Positions 63,949 to 64,000 of a stretch of DNA of 64,000 bases are shown here, piece by piece. The stretch's first letter is position 1; each line of letters opens with the position of its first letter. The translations under genes and the position numbers were made by a program. Where the stretch lies: contig NC_068982.1 of the NCBI RefSeq assembly GCF_001194135.2, positions 59,014,782-59,078,781 on the forward strand. Direction: 5' to 3'. The stretch is from Octopus bimaculoides. Its lineage: Eukaryota. Below the pieces are notes generated by a model, which worked only from the letters and a program-made list of their open reading frames with translations, searched no databases and was not told the DNA's origin.

Positions 63949-64000
63949 TGAGTGTGAGAGAAAAAGAGAGACAGACAGTGTTTGTGTGTGTGTTTGAATG

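Noticed and set aside
8666-63997. Poly-YI, CV, HT, ER, N and H ORFs
   Set aside because: These are translations of (TA)n, (TG)n, (GA)n and trinucleotide repeats.

Overview
AT-rich eukaryotic genomic DNA from a draft assembly with nine N-gaps, dense in (TA)n, (CA)n, (GA)n, (TACA)n and trinucleotide microsatellites. I recognise the dominant tRNA-headed SINE families from memory as octopus (coleoid cephalopod) repeats; that assignment is inference. No host protein-coding gene, rRNA, true tRNA or CRISPR array can be supported. Almost all listed ORFs are microsatellite, N-gap or antisense-repeat artefacts. The window is a transposon graveyard. It holds roughly 30 SINE copies from at least four modular families, fossils of mariner, Chapaev-3-like and hAT DNA transposons, and Tigger, Tc1 and Charlie MITEs. 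It also holds Helentron-type non-autonomous elements (HINE-like), three RTE 3' ends, a CR1 3' end, a rearranged Tx1/L1 element and two R4/Dong-clade RLE retrotransposons. The best leads are: a Dong-like element sitting in (TAA)n with a noncoding partner element at the same target; a second R4-like lineage and a 163-bp solo-LTR-like unit in (TACA)n; a minimal Penelope-type hammerhead ribozyme; several long fold-back hairpins; and SINEs built by module swapping.
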